This document shows positions 1 through 10,130 of a stretch of DNA of 33,000 nt, one piece after another. Made by a program: the position numbers and the translations under genes. This DNA comes from Eutreptiella sp. 'Long Island Sound 2002' (lineage: Eukaryota; Protista; Euglenida), in contig OZ038378.1 of the NCBI GenBank assembly GCA_964036045.1, forward strand, positions 184,481,001 to 184,514,000, written 5' to 3'. The notes below the pieces were generated by a model. The model worked only from the letters and a program-made list of their open reading frames with translations. It was not told where the DNA came from and did no database searches. Numbering within the stretch: the first letter of the stretch is position 1; every line of letters begins with the position of its first letter.

Positions 1-393
1 GTTCTGAGTGAGGATACAGCGCCCCCACTGAATTAACCCCCGCCCACTGTTCCGGTGTTGAAATAGCACACCATCAAAGAACGAAGCACCATTTGACGGC
101 ACAATTCGCGTTGGTTGCAGGCAAGCGCGATTCGCCGTGTTGCCCAAAAATGGTCTCCAACCGAGATTGGATGTGGCACAAATGATTGGTTGTCCGATGA
201 TAGGCTTCCATCTCCGAGGACTCCGAGAGGGCACACTAGATCTACACGGTTCCGTAGGCAATTCCTATTCCTATTCCTATTCCTCCCTCACTTTGCTCAT
301 GTGGGTCCACAAGATCTTCAAACAATCCGACAAACGTGCAAGATCGCTCTCGAATGTGAACGCACTTGGGAATGCAAGGGCACGAATCCGCAC

Positions 394-578
394 CGTCTGT
401 GATCTTTTGCATGAGCGTTGGCATGTCCTTGCTGGTGAATGGATGCTGCAGTGCCATCATTTCATAGAGGACAACACCCAGTGCCCAAATATCCGAACTA
501 CAGTTGTATGGCTCCTCGGCGACAAGTTCGGGGCTTAAATATGCCGGCGTCCCCACCATCGTTTTCGTAAATTCGTCC
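394..578 (-). CDS. NEK kinase, coding exon 4 (gene continues off the left edge)
   Basis: Acceptor CTTCCTTAG, then (R)DEFTKTMVGTPAYLSPELVAEEPYNCSSDIWALGVVLYEMMALQHPFTSKDMPTLMQKITD+G. Donor GTGCGG. No convincing next exon in 1-393. Confidence 0.93.
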
Positions 579-1132
579 CTAAGGAAGCGTGGAGCACCCA
601 TGTCCAACACAATGCAAGCCTGCACAGCGGAGGCCCAACAAGAATCATGGAAATGTAACGTATGGAGTGTTCGATTTTTCGCCAAATTGGTTCATAACTT
701 GCACGCCTAAACTGCATGACGCCATATTCGTTGTGTGTACCATTCCTTGTCCTCCATTGGGAGGCTTGGCGGAACCATGTGTTCACTTTGCAATTTTTTT
801 TGGCAAGGTACACGGTGGCATTTCTTGTGCAAGAAATTAGGGCCCCTAACCCTAGCCCCGAGGGTCATGGGCATAACAAGGGCAGAGAACTCACCTCACT
901 TGTGCCCCTAGCCTCCGATGTTATAGCTACACCCTCTGCACTTCATTTCACCCGTCGCTTCAGCACAAAACGCGGCCTTTGCCCGGGTGGGGGCCGAAGC
1001 CGCCCCAAAATGACTGAATGAATGAATCGACCCTCCTCTCCCAAATGGTATAGTTAGGCTCGGGTGGTTGGAACACACTGCCCTTCATGCGCAAAGCGCC
1101 AGGTGACCACCCTACATTCACACCAGCGGTAG

Positions 1133-1228
1133 CATGAAGCGTTCGTGGTTGATGAGAGGAAAATGTGTGTGTTCAACAACGGTCTTGCTCGTATAGGGGT
1201 TGCGTTTATGATACGACCAAACCTTAAA
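1133..1228 (+). mobile_element. Possible LINE APE-endonuclease fragment in NEK intron 3
   Basis: HEAFVVDERKMCVFNNGLARIGVAFMIRPNLK resembles the GV(G/A)-hydrophobic motif region of non-LTR endonucleases. Flanked by stops. Pattern recognition only. Confidence 0.3.
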
Positions 1229-1472
1229 CGTGACCCACACAAGATATAGTTCATAGGGGGGTCTACCAACTGTTGGGAAAATCCAGTGGAGAGGGAAAGA
1301 GTGAGAGAAAGAGAGGAGAGAGATGGTGAAGAAGAGGTACCAAATTACGTCCCCTATTAGCTACGGAAGCCTTGATGCTTTATGTTCCTCGAATCATCCG
1401 GATGGTCTTCATTCCGCCGATGTTCTTTGAGTGTCGGTGTGTTTGAATTTCACGTGCACTTTTATCACACAC

Positions 1473-1620
1473 CTATCATTCAATATTTTTGCGATGCCGA
1501 AATCCCCCAACTTAATCAAGCCGTCGGAAGACACAAACAAATTCTCGAGTTTGAGATCCCTGTGCATCACATTGTGGTCGTGACAATACTCCAAAGCCAA
1601 ACAAATTTGTAAAAACCAAT
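1473..1620 (-). CDS. NEK kinase, coding exon 3
   Basis: Acceptor TTCTCGCAG, then (D)WFLQICLALEYCHDHNVMHRDLKLENLFVSSDGLIKLGDFGIAKILND(R): HRD and DFG motifs. Donor GTGTGT, phase 2. 148 nt. Confidence 0.95.
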
Positions 1621-1779
1621 CTGCGAGAACAACAGGGCTGTGGGTTGTGCAACAAAAACGACAAAGCAAGGCACGGCAAAGGTGTCCCTCCACGCACTAG
1701 GAACTCCGACATACCCCAAATTCGCGTCCGTTATAGTGCATTTACCGTTGCAAATTCCCACGAGCAACGAATGCAATAC

Positions 1780-2002
1780 CTACAATCACATTTTGAGGCA
1801 AATAATCCCCATTCCTCCGTAGAACTGCACCCAAGTCTCCACCTTCACAGTATTCCATGACGATGTGAATGCATTGGGTTTCTTTGTTGAATGTAGAGTC
1901 CACATATGTCGTAACATTGGGATGATCGAAGGCCTTCAAAACACGAGCCTCATTAACGACGCCCATTCTCTCCGCTTTGCGCATGTTTGTGCAATCAACG
2001 AC
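1780..2002 (-). CDS. NEK kinase, coding exon 2
   Basis: Acceptor TTGTCCTCTAG, then VVDCTNMRKAERMGVVNEARVLKAFDHPNV...HIVMEYCEGGDL...PQNVIV+G (alphaC Glu, HPN, MEYCEGGDL hinge typical of NEKs). Donor GTATTG, phase 1. Length 223 nt fits the frame. Confidence 0.93.
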
Positions 2003-2174
2003 CTAGAGGACAAGCATATTCCATTGAAGAAGTAAGTCCCAAATATTTTGGCGGCGGCGACCTTGTTGCCGCGCCACACGGGGATCCTTGAGGACATCGA
2101 TGAAACCAAGGCAATAGTGTCTCCCCGCGGCCTACTTGCCATGCTTCGTTGGATCCAAGCGAAGGGCAAAAGGC

Positions 2175-2278
2175 GTGTTAACACGGCCGGCCAACATAGA
2201 GGTGAAAAATACCCCCCCTCCCCCTCCTGTGTTGTGTTAACACACGCCCAACACGGAGGTGAAAAGTATCCCCCCACC
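2175..2278. repeat. About 100-bp block, direct-repeat copy A
   Basis: GTGTTAACACGG...TACCCCCCCTCCCCCTCCTGTGTTG...CCCAACACGGA.GTGAAAAGTA.CCCCC recurs in the same orientation at 3565-3660. Confidence 0.85.
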
Positions 2279-2312
2279 TTTGTCCACCCCATGGCAACAC
2301 AAGAAGCCGAAG

Positions 2313-2592
2313 AACACAACACAAAATGACACAACGAAAAAAACCAAAACAAAACAAGGAATAACACGACAACACAACACAACACAACACAACACAACAC
2401 AATACAACACAACACAACACAACGCAAAACAACACAACACAACACAAAACAACACAACACAACACAACACAACACAACATAATACAACACACCACACCAC
2501 ACCACAAACAAAAAACAAAAAAAGAAGAACAGAGCACAAAATGACACCACAAACAAAACCAAAACAAAACAAGGAATAACACAACACAACAC
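2313..2592. repeat. (CAACA)n pentanucleotide microsatellite
   Basis: Long degenerate AACAC array. It is the source of the VLCC/HNTTQ pseudo-ORFs. Confidence 0.97.
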
Positions 2593-2610
2593 TATACAGT
2601 ATTTGTGCCT

Positions 2611-2717
2611 ATGCCACGGATATCTACGTTGTATCCCGTGGCATATACCACGGATATCTCCCTCCAGTCGATATCCGTGGTATATGCCACGGGATACAAC
2701 GCAGATAACCGTGGCAT
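2611..2717. mobile_element. Palindromic foldback / MITE-like element
   Basis: 48-bp inverted arms (2611-2658 and 2670-2717, 2 mismatches) around an 11-nt loop. Confidence 0.7.
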
Positions 2718-2730
2718 TAGGAACAAATAT

Positions 2731-3471
2731 TATATCCGTGGCATTGAGGCCCGAGGATATCTGCGGATATCTGTGGTATATGACCCGAGGATACTAGCGC
2801 GCTACAGATGGTCTACTGGGAGCCAATCATTTCGGTGACACAAGATTCGTAGGCCCAGGAACCATGCTTTGGAGGAAACCTGAGCTTGGCACAAGACATA
2901 TGATACACACCATGGCAAATGTCACATGCGATAGGTCGTTGGCCACCACATGCATTCTTCTTGATGGGATAATCACAACGGTAGCATTGCATTTCCTTTT
3001 TCACCTGCACTTCCTTTTTCACCTTTTTTTGGGGTTGCTCTTCAAACATGGCCTGGGCAAATGGTGATGGAATAGCTGACAAAACCTGACTGATTGGGGC
3101 CTCGGCAGGTGTTGCCGGGGCTGCCCATACACGAAAACGGTAGATCTCACACCATATACAATGCTCTCCTTCTCATTGAGCTTATATGTAGATGGTTTCC
3201 TCTCACTCAGCTGTGTCAATGGGAAGGAGGCATACTCGTCCTCCGCAGTGAGATGAATAGTAATCCTTGCAGAGGATGGAGAGGGTATCCGTTCCTTTCG
3301 TTTCTTCTCTGCTTTAACTGGACTGAATTTGGTCGCTTTTGAGTTTTGGGGGAGTTGACCCGGGATTACGCAGATATCCGTGGGATATAACCCGGGATAT
3401 CACCGCTGCGATATCCCGGATCATATACCACGGATATCTGCGGATATCCTCGGGCCTATGCCACGGATATA
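2731..3471. mobile_element. Inverted-repeat (foldback/TIR) element carrying a decayed PHD-finger ORF
   Basis: About 60-bp inverted ends TATATCCGTGGCAT...ATGCCACGGATATA (2731-2794 versus 3410-3471; 4 transitions and 2 small indels over the aligned 60 bp). TA at both termini. Coding-like interior. Confidence 0.65.
2813..3340 (-). pseudogene. Decayed PHD-finger ORF
   Basis: CYRC...CDICHGVYHMSC...WAYESC at 2986-2840 is a C4HC3 PHD finger with the seventh ligand changed to Tyr (TAC, one change from TGC). Lys-rich upstream segments are joined only through a frameshift near 3130-3180. Confidence 0.75.
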
Positions 3472-3552
3472 ACACAACACAACACAACACAACACAACAC
3501 AACACAACACAACACAACACAGAACAACACAAAAACACATGACACAACACAC
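3472..3552. repeat. (CAACA)n microsatellite
   Basis: Directly visible array. Confidence 0.95.
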
Positions 3553-3564
3553 CACCTATTGGAC

Positions 3565-3660
3565 GTGTTAACACGGCCCCAACACAGGTACCCCCCCTCC
3601 CCCTCCTGTGTTGTTTCAACACAGGCCCAACACGGACGTGAAAAGTACCCCCCCCCCCTC
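3565..3660. repeat. About 100-bp block, direct-repeat copy B
   Basis: Direct alignment with 2175-2278. Confidence 0.85.
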
Positions 3661-3880
3661 ATGCCTATTTCCCGAAGGCTAACAAATGCCATGCAATGGG
3701 TAAGGAAACGAATTTCGCACTTCACGGCTTAGTCATGAAGTCACCCCACGACAAGGTACCACATTCCACAAGCACGTATTCCGCAATTCATGCGGTGCAG
3801 GTATTCGTCACGTGCAGGCGCCATCCCGAATGCTACATGCGGTAAGACAACTGGGACTGGAATAGAGGGGTCCACAAAAC

Positions 3881-3979
3881 CTTCATCAAGTATTGCTTTT
3901 TATCATGTCGACTTTCCACGATGAAGCACTTGCCGACACTACCGGAGCCAATTTCCTTGATTTTTGTGAAGTTTTGCAT
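3881..3979 (-). CDS. NIMA-related kinase (NEK family), coding exon 1
   Basis: Translates MQNFTKIKEIGSGSVGKCFIVESRHDKKQYLMK: Gly-rich loop GxGxxG plus catalytic Lys. 33 codons, followed by GT donor (GTTTTG), phase 0. In-frame TAG 21 nt upstream of the ATG supports this start. Confidence 0.92.
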
Positions 3980-4000
3980 GGAAATCGCAAAGGTGGCTGG

Positions 4001-4077
4001 CTACGTTGTGGATCTTGTCGTGAAGAAGGCACTCATGGCCATAGCCAAGAGTCTAAGGGATGCAAACAGGCAAACGG
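4001..4077 (-). promoter_or_regulatory. Candidate splice acceptor (cis or spliced-leader trans) and short uORF in the NEK 5' leader
   Basis: Pyrimidine-rich GTTTGCCTGTTTGCATCCCTTAG ending at 4053. ATG at 4042 opens a 13-codon ORF ending at TAG 4003-4001, in frame with the NEK ATG. Confidence 0.4.
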
Positions 4078-7000
4078 TAGAGTTGGTTTGATTGTATACC
4101 TTGCAACGCGACGAGTTTGCCCAATCTCTTATGTACGCTTGAACGATACTCTTCAGGTGGGCTTGCACACGTTCATGCACGGCACTTTACATTTTCCCAT
4201 TATTCCCCCGGATTATTGGTCAATTGGCTGCTATTGTCACATATACATGGAGGCCATTGAAATCATCAAATCACAAGGTCTCGCATTTGCGACAAAGGTG
4301 CGACAAATGGGAAGATATTGCAAATCTTCCCGTATTGCAAATAGAAGCATAGGAGCTAATCCTGACCCAGGGGAGTGCCGAGCCCATGCCACTGGGGATT
4401 GCTATCCCTATGCTCTTCAATGGCCGGCATGATGGACGGAAGTTTCGCGTACAATGTGCGAAACCGTTGAAGAAACACACAAAAAGGCGTCCCTTCAGCC
4501 CTTATGGTTCGGGTTCCGGCCAGGATAATTATTTCCCGAAGCAGAATGTAACGAGAATGTAAGGATGACAATAGTTAAGACTGGTCTGGAAAATTGTGAT
4601 ATGCGTGAGTCAACGCCGCGGCCCGTTGCTCATGGGAAACCAAAGACGGCAAGTTGGGGTCCTGCAAGAGTCCAGCCTAAGTCTCGTGCAGTTCGACTTC
4701 ATCAGCTGACAATAACTTCGAATAATCAAAATCCATGATTTTCCATTGATAAATGCCAGCAAAATAACTTTTTTTTGATGGGCTGAATGCCAGGCTGAAA
4801 ACCCTCAGGCTGAAACCGTTTCTTAACCGGCACCGGGAAGCATAACGAGAGAGGCGGTCCCCGATTTTCAATTTCCAAAGCAATTCAAACGTGTTGCGTG
4901 TTTTGCCGGTGGAGGCTGTCTCACAAGGGCCTGACGGGTCTGAGCCTTCTGTTCGTGCTGTCAAACCCACTACACACACTGAGGATCTCGTGCAATCGTA
5001 AAAAGGCTGCGAGGTATTGGCCTGCGAGGCGTTGGATGATTATGAGAAATCACTCTCTTTGGGCAGATCTTGTGGCTTACCATATGGAAAATAAGTCCGT
5101 TCCGCGTTGTGCAATCCCCCGATGTTGTTTGCAACTAGTCCCTCCCAATAGTCATTAGCCCGAAAACCCTTGGGTCCCTTCATGAGGCCGGTGAAGTCCG
5201 ACCCCACCCGCTTTGGAGACAGCCCACATCGTCACATTTGACACCCACTACATGATAGAATAAGTAGGGGTAAGATTACAAAGTAGCCTAGAGAATGTTT
5301 CTTCTTTGCACCGCCTCCGTGCTCGCTTTAACGATGCTTGGTCCATTCAAGCCCTCCCCAAAACATGACCTCCCCCAAATTTTTGCATGTTGCACTTTCG
5401 GTTCCGTCCGTGGGTTGTGGGTCATCAGACAAGGGGCCCAAGCATGCAAAGCGCAAGTTGTGTAGCTCCAACCCGTCTCGCCACAACACCAATCCCCCAT
5501 GGCATAAACGGTAAACTTTTGGGTGATGGTTGACTACCCCTTGTCATTCGCGCCCATCCGGATAGCTTCCTTCCTCTTTTAGGGTTGGCCCCGGAACGCT
5601 GTCACGCGCCACAAGATGTTTGGCGCCAATGATCTCTTATTTGGGGCAACCGGTGTTGCCTACACCGTGTGCCATCCAATTCAAACATTATCCGAGATGA
5701 GATCGGCCGTAATTGGGATGTTTACGTCTCGGTATACGGAGTCGACTTCCCGCTTGAGAGATCTTGCGACCGAAGTTTGGGATCAATTGTGGCAGTATGC
5801 ATTCCATGTGTCTCCCGCGCGCGTTATGGAACCAAGCGGTCTTGTGAGCATTTCATATTAATGCTTTCACACTTATCACTTGTTTCTCGTTCTAGGAACG
5901 CATATCACATTCAAAAAACTTTGGTGAAGACTACCTTGGTTTCCCTTTGTTCCGTTGTCGTACTCAGTATCCTCTTTTGGACTTCCCTTTTCTTGGCGGT
6001 ATGCTATGCCCGCTCGGAATATGGACCACATTGTGATTTGATGCCACTAGGGGGCGTTGTTTGAGATACGTTGTGCCTACCGTCCGTAGGGTGGATTCTA
6101 TTGGATCATTGCCCCCGCACATGGTGACGCCAAATTTGTTGTCGACCTTGATTACAGGTGCGGCTAATCGGTGATCCTCCATCTTTCTCCATGTGGCATG
6201 ATGTCTCCGTTTTCTCCGTTTCGAGTCACCGGATGCCTGTTCGCTGCTTCGTAGGCAATCACAACCGAGTTTTGTTTTGCGGCCCACACATTTGGAGCGA
6301 GGAAGTTATGATGCAATCTTGAGGCTCACTTTGCCTGACACACCTCAAAATGAAGCGCAAGGTGTGTCGGGTAGGCAGCGATACACTTGTTGGAGGCAAA
6401 GGACTCGTGCACCATCATCGGTGGTGGTCTTGAAAACAAATCAAGGCGCCCGAGATGTGCAAGGGAGGCCCCGATGCAACATATCAGTGGACCGTGTCTC
6501 TACATAAAGTGGTGACGCCGGATTATGGTGGCCATCCGTTGCCGTTCCGTGTCCCGAAAGAAGCTTTCGAAAAGGAGACTCTCCCGTTTGCCCATGGTTG
6601 GTTGACGTTGGTTGGTTGAAGTTGGTGAAACTTGGCGCAACGCCCCTCACGGTGGAACATTCGATCCGCTTGCCTTGTCCCCTCCTATAGCCCGAAGCTT
6701 TCATTTCAACATCCCATAGACCCGTGTGTGTTCATTCGTCTCTCCGTGGTGCACATCTATTTGAAGTTTGTCTCGCCGGCGGTTGTTGGCATTTACTACC
6801 AGCCCAAACGGCTGCCTCTGAGGGATGAGTTTCGTGAAAATAAATACTGAGAACGTTTCTGCATTGCGTGCGCACTCCGTGCATATGCGGTCAATACCAC
6901 AAGAACTACAACCCACCCAAAACCACTAGGATGCTGGATGGTGGTGCTCGTGCCCCATACCACAAGGCCTCGATTGCTCGTGCTCTTAGGTATCTCATGT

Positions 7001-7874
7001 GTGACCTTTGAAGCCCAAAGCCATTTCGAAATTGATGCCAACGTCACGAAATGCGTATGTGCCACACAACTCATGAGTGCACCATCGTCCATCTTCTTTG
7101 TCGTTGACGAGCCCGTGTGGCTTATTGAGAAACCACATCGTTCTTTGTGCCTTGTTGTGGTATCAGAACATATTGCGCGCTCGTCGTGTATTAGCATCTT
7201 TGGAGATATCATGGTACAACAGTTTTGTGCTCAGCATGAACGCGCCGCGTAATTGTTCCTTAGTTGATGCCGAAATACCGCACGCCGCTCCTACGAGTGC
7301 TTTACATCATCTACTACGCTTTCCCTTTGGTTCGGGGCACAAAGTCGCTTGAAGAAGTGACGGAAATACAATTGTTAGCAAATTGGCGGATCCCTGTATG
7401 GTGCTTGTATGCTGCTACGTTTTGAGATGGTAGTCCCCAGTACGCAATCGCTAGCATTGAAGTGCATCGGGCCTTTTGTGCTCTCAAGTTACAAAAGCAT
7501 GTTAGCGACTTTTCTGCGTCATTGTTTTTGCAGCGCGGCTTTTCCAACATCACGATCTCGCTCTCTAATCCGAAGACGCAAATCACCCGAAGCAGCTTGC
7601 TATTGCGCCGCAATTTGGGATTCTTGAAGTGCGCCCCCTCTCTTGTTTCGCACCCTGCCATGGTTCTCAATGCCTTTTTGTGCAAGGTCGTTGAGGCCGT
7701 GTGGTCGCGTTGATGAGTGATGGAATGTGATTGGTTCAATTTACTTTTGTCTTTCCGGCAGATCGCGCCCAACCAAACGTGCATCCAAACCACTCACCAG
7801 TGCGTGGGATGTGTGGCACGTACCGTGGCTCTTGCATGGAGGTTTCTTTTGGAGGAATGTAAATTCACCATGAC

Positions 7875-8216
7875 GTGAAGTTTGTTTTTCCCGTATTGCT
7901 TTGTATTTACGCAATACATGTAGTTATTTTGGCCGCATCACAAGGTGCACGCGTGCCTGATAATCGAGCCCTTTGCCGCTTGCCGGTGTGCATATCTTTT
8001 AGGGATGGGTTGCTGCGTTATCCCATGTTCTTCACCGGCCTCATCACGTGGGTCATCTATGTGGGAAGTTGTGCTGGAACATTGGTGCTTGCAACCATCG
8101 GATATGTCTACACCCATCCATCTCCGAAGACTGTCGATGCTCTGGTGTGTGAAGCTAAGACCGGGAAACCTCTCTTTCTAGGAATAGAGTTGGTGCAAGG
8201 TCCGGCAGAGGCTTAG
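7875..8216 (+). CDS. Hypothetical small membrane protein (113 aa, GTG start)
   Basis: Open frame with two hydrophobic stretches (FVFPVLLCIYAIHVVILAA; FFTGLITWVIYVGSCAGTLVLATIGYV). No recognised homology. May be decayed. Confidence 0.25.
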   Translation: MKFVFPVLLCIYAIHVVILAASQGARVPDNRALCRLPVCISFRDGLLRYPMFFTGLITWVIYVGSCAGTLVLATIGYVYTHPSPKTVDALVCEAKTGKPLFLGIELVQGPAEA

Positions 8217-8519
8217 TAGGGAAGGGGATGGGCACTCTTGCGGCAGCATCCGGCGGGGAGGAGACGTGGTGCCATTCACCACGTCTCATGGTGAATGGCA
8301 CCCGGCGGTGGGTTTCGCAGCGTCCAAGAACGATGGGCTCGCATCTGGCGACCTCCGGCATGCCGGACACTAGCGCCCACATTGACCCCTTGGTTTCAGT
8401 TGATTGGGGTTCATCGGACAAGCAAGCATGGAGGGAACAGGAGGGGCGACGCATCCTGAGCGCTCGCCCGGGCCCACCATGTGCTGATTCCCGGACACTG
8501 GGGGGGGGGGGGGGTCACC

Positions 8520-8745
8520 CATGCAGCACCCAGTGGGCCACCACTGGGCCCCTGAGGCGTTTTGTGGATCTGTTAGTGCGCACAGGGCACCCAGAGGGCC
8601 AACCCTGCAGCCCCTGCAGCGCAATATCGCTGTTCGCCTGCGCCCAGGGGATCGGGCCTCTGAGACGTCTTGTGGAGTCGTCAGTGCGCCCAGGGGATCC
8701 AGCACCCAGTGGACCACCACTGGGGCCCCTGAGGCGCACTGTGGA
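8520..8745. repeat. GC-rich degenerate tandem repeat
   Basis: CAGCACCCAGTGG(G/A)CCACCACTGGG(G)CCCCTGAGGCG occurs at about 8524 and about 8700, with related GTGCGC(C)CAGGG(G) units between. Confidence 0.8.
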
Positions 8746-8990
8746 AAGGAGTGGTGGGCCAGGAAAGGGAAGGAACCCACAAAACCGGGGTGGGCAGAAC
8801 CAAGGACGACGGCGCGGCCACCGTGCAGCGTAAATCACCCGGGACACCACGCAGGCGCACACGCCACCCGCGAAGCGCACGCTACCCCCGACCATCAAGG
8901 AGCGCGTCATGCGCACGCGCGACCCACAGAGTGGTGGAGCGCAGGGGGTGGACGGCCGGTACAATGCGCGGAGGAGTGGGGCACCTGGGC

Positions 8991-9310
8991 ATCACGCACA
9001 CGGGAACGCGGCGAGGCAGGTGGTGGACGAACGGAGGACGGAGGTGCGTGGGCAGCAAAAACAGTCAAACGACCCCCGCAACAACCAGCACAACCTCGGT
9101 ACGCCAATTACTGGGCACAACTAACGCACAAACGGCACCCGCCGCAACCAACATAGCCACTACTGGGCACCGCGAACGCGGAAACGACACCAGCAGGAGC
9201 ACAGGCCGCAGCAGCCGACAAAACGCAGTGACCCGACGCAGCATGCGAAGGGAAGAACGGGTGACTGTCCAGGGCCCCGTAAAGAAACAGCAACCCGACG
9301 GAATGTGTGA
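8991..9310. repeat. Dispersed repeat, copy 1 (pseudo-translation RRSMRREERVTVQGPVKKQQPDG)
   Basis: Aligns over about 320 bp, same orientation, with 21031-21365. Confidence 0.85.
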
Positions 9311-9495
9311 CCCATGCATCAAATCGAACTGCTCGCCGCCCTGTGCGTCCCGTCTGTGTGTTATCTCCACTAGCGTTCCTGTTGGACATGGACATCCGTT
9401 GCATGCGCCCTTTTTGCCAACGGGGATCAGGATACAGGCAAGGTACACGTGGCGTCCGAAGGGCAAAAACAATGTGTATGCGTGCGTGTGCGTGC

Positions 9496-9498
<3 letters not shown>

Positions 9499-9534
<36 letters not shown>
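9499..9534. repeat. (TG)n microsatellite
   Basis: Directly visible. Confidence 0.97.
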
Positions 9535-9535
<1 letters not shown>

Positions 9536-10014
9536 AACAAACAAAGATTACATTTTACGATGACAGCAGTTACAGCTAAATAAGCAGGCAAGACAGCACT
9601 CAGGAACAGCACAAATCGAGCCCAAGAGTGATAAATGTCCATAAATGTCCAATGTCCATTCACTGACCATGACGGGCCCCCTTGGAGTCTCTGTGTGTGT
9701 GAGCGGGTGGTTACACCCGTCTCCAGCTAAGTACCTCCAGAGTAGACATGTAAGTAGCGCTGCGGTTTTCAACAGATCATACAATCATTGGCTAGACAGG
9801 GCCGGGCAGTGGGCAGGGTCTGTAGTGATCAGCGCAACTTGCACTGTGAGAACAAACTCCTGTACACCGTCACTCCTGTCTCAGAAAGGACCTTGCCTAC
9901 CTTTTTGTTAATGGCCTGATGAAATTGTCTCGGTGACCAGTGCTCTGCCTTCGCCTGCTTTCGTCTTCACTGACGTTGTGCCCCGCGTTTGGTCCCCACT
10001 GGTTTTCCCGCACG

Positions 10015-10016
<2 letters not shown>

Positions 10017-10100
<84 letters not shown>

Positions 10101-10130
10101 TGGGTGGGTGGGTGGGTGGGTGGGTGGGTG
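10017..10130. repeat. (GT)n followed by (GGGT)n compound microsatellite
   Basis: About 40 GT units, then about 8 GGGT units. Confidence 0.97.

Noticed and set aside
841-870. Telomere-like CCCTAACCCTAG
   Set aside because: Only about two units, not an array.
2050-2142. ATG-led MASRPRGDT...GNK with a GT after it as NEK exon 1
   Set aside because: No Gly-rich loop or kinase lysine context in any frame. The true exon 1 is at 3979-3881.
1936-2592. Long Cys/Val-rich and HNTTQ-rich ORFs
   Set aside because: Translations of the (CAACA)n microsatellite.
5176-5202. Hammerhead-ribozyme-like CTTCATGAGGCC...GTCCGACC
   Set aside because: Both catalytic core segments (CUGANGA, GAAA) are mismatched and stems I and III are not evident.
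8228-9563. Overlapping 200-270 aa ORFs
   Set aside because: GC-rich repeat sequence open in several frames on both strands, with no protein motifs.
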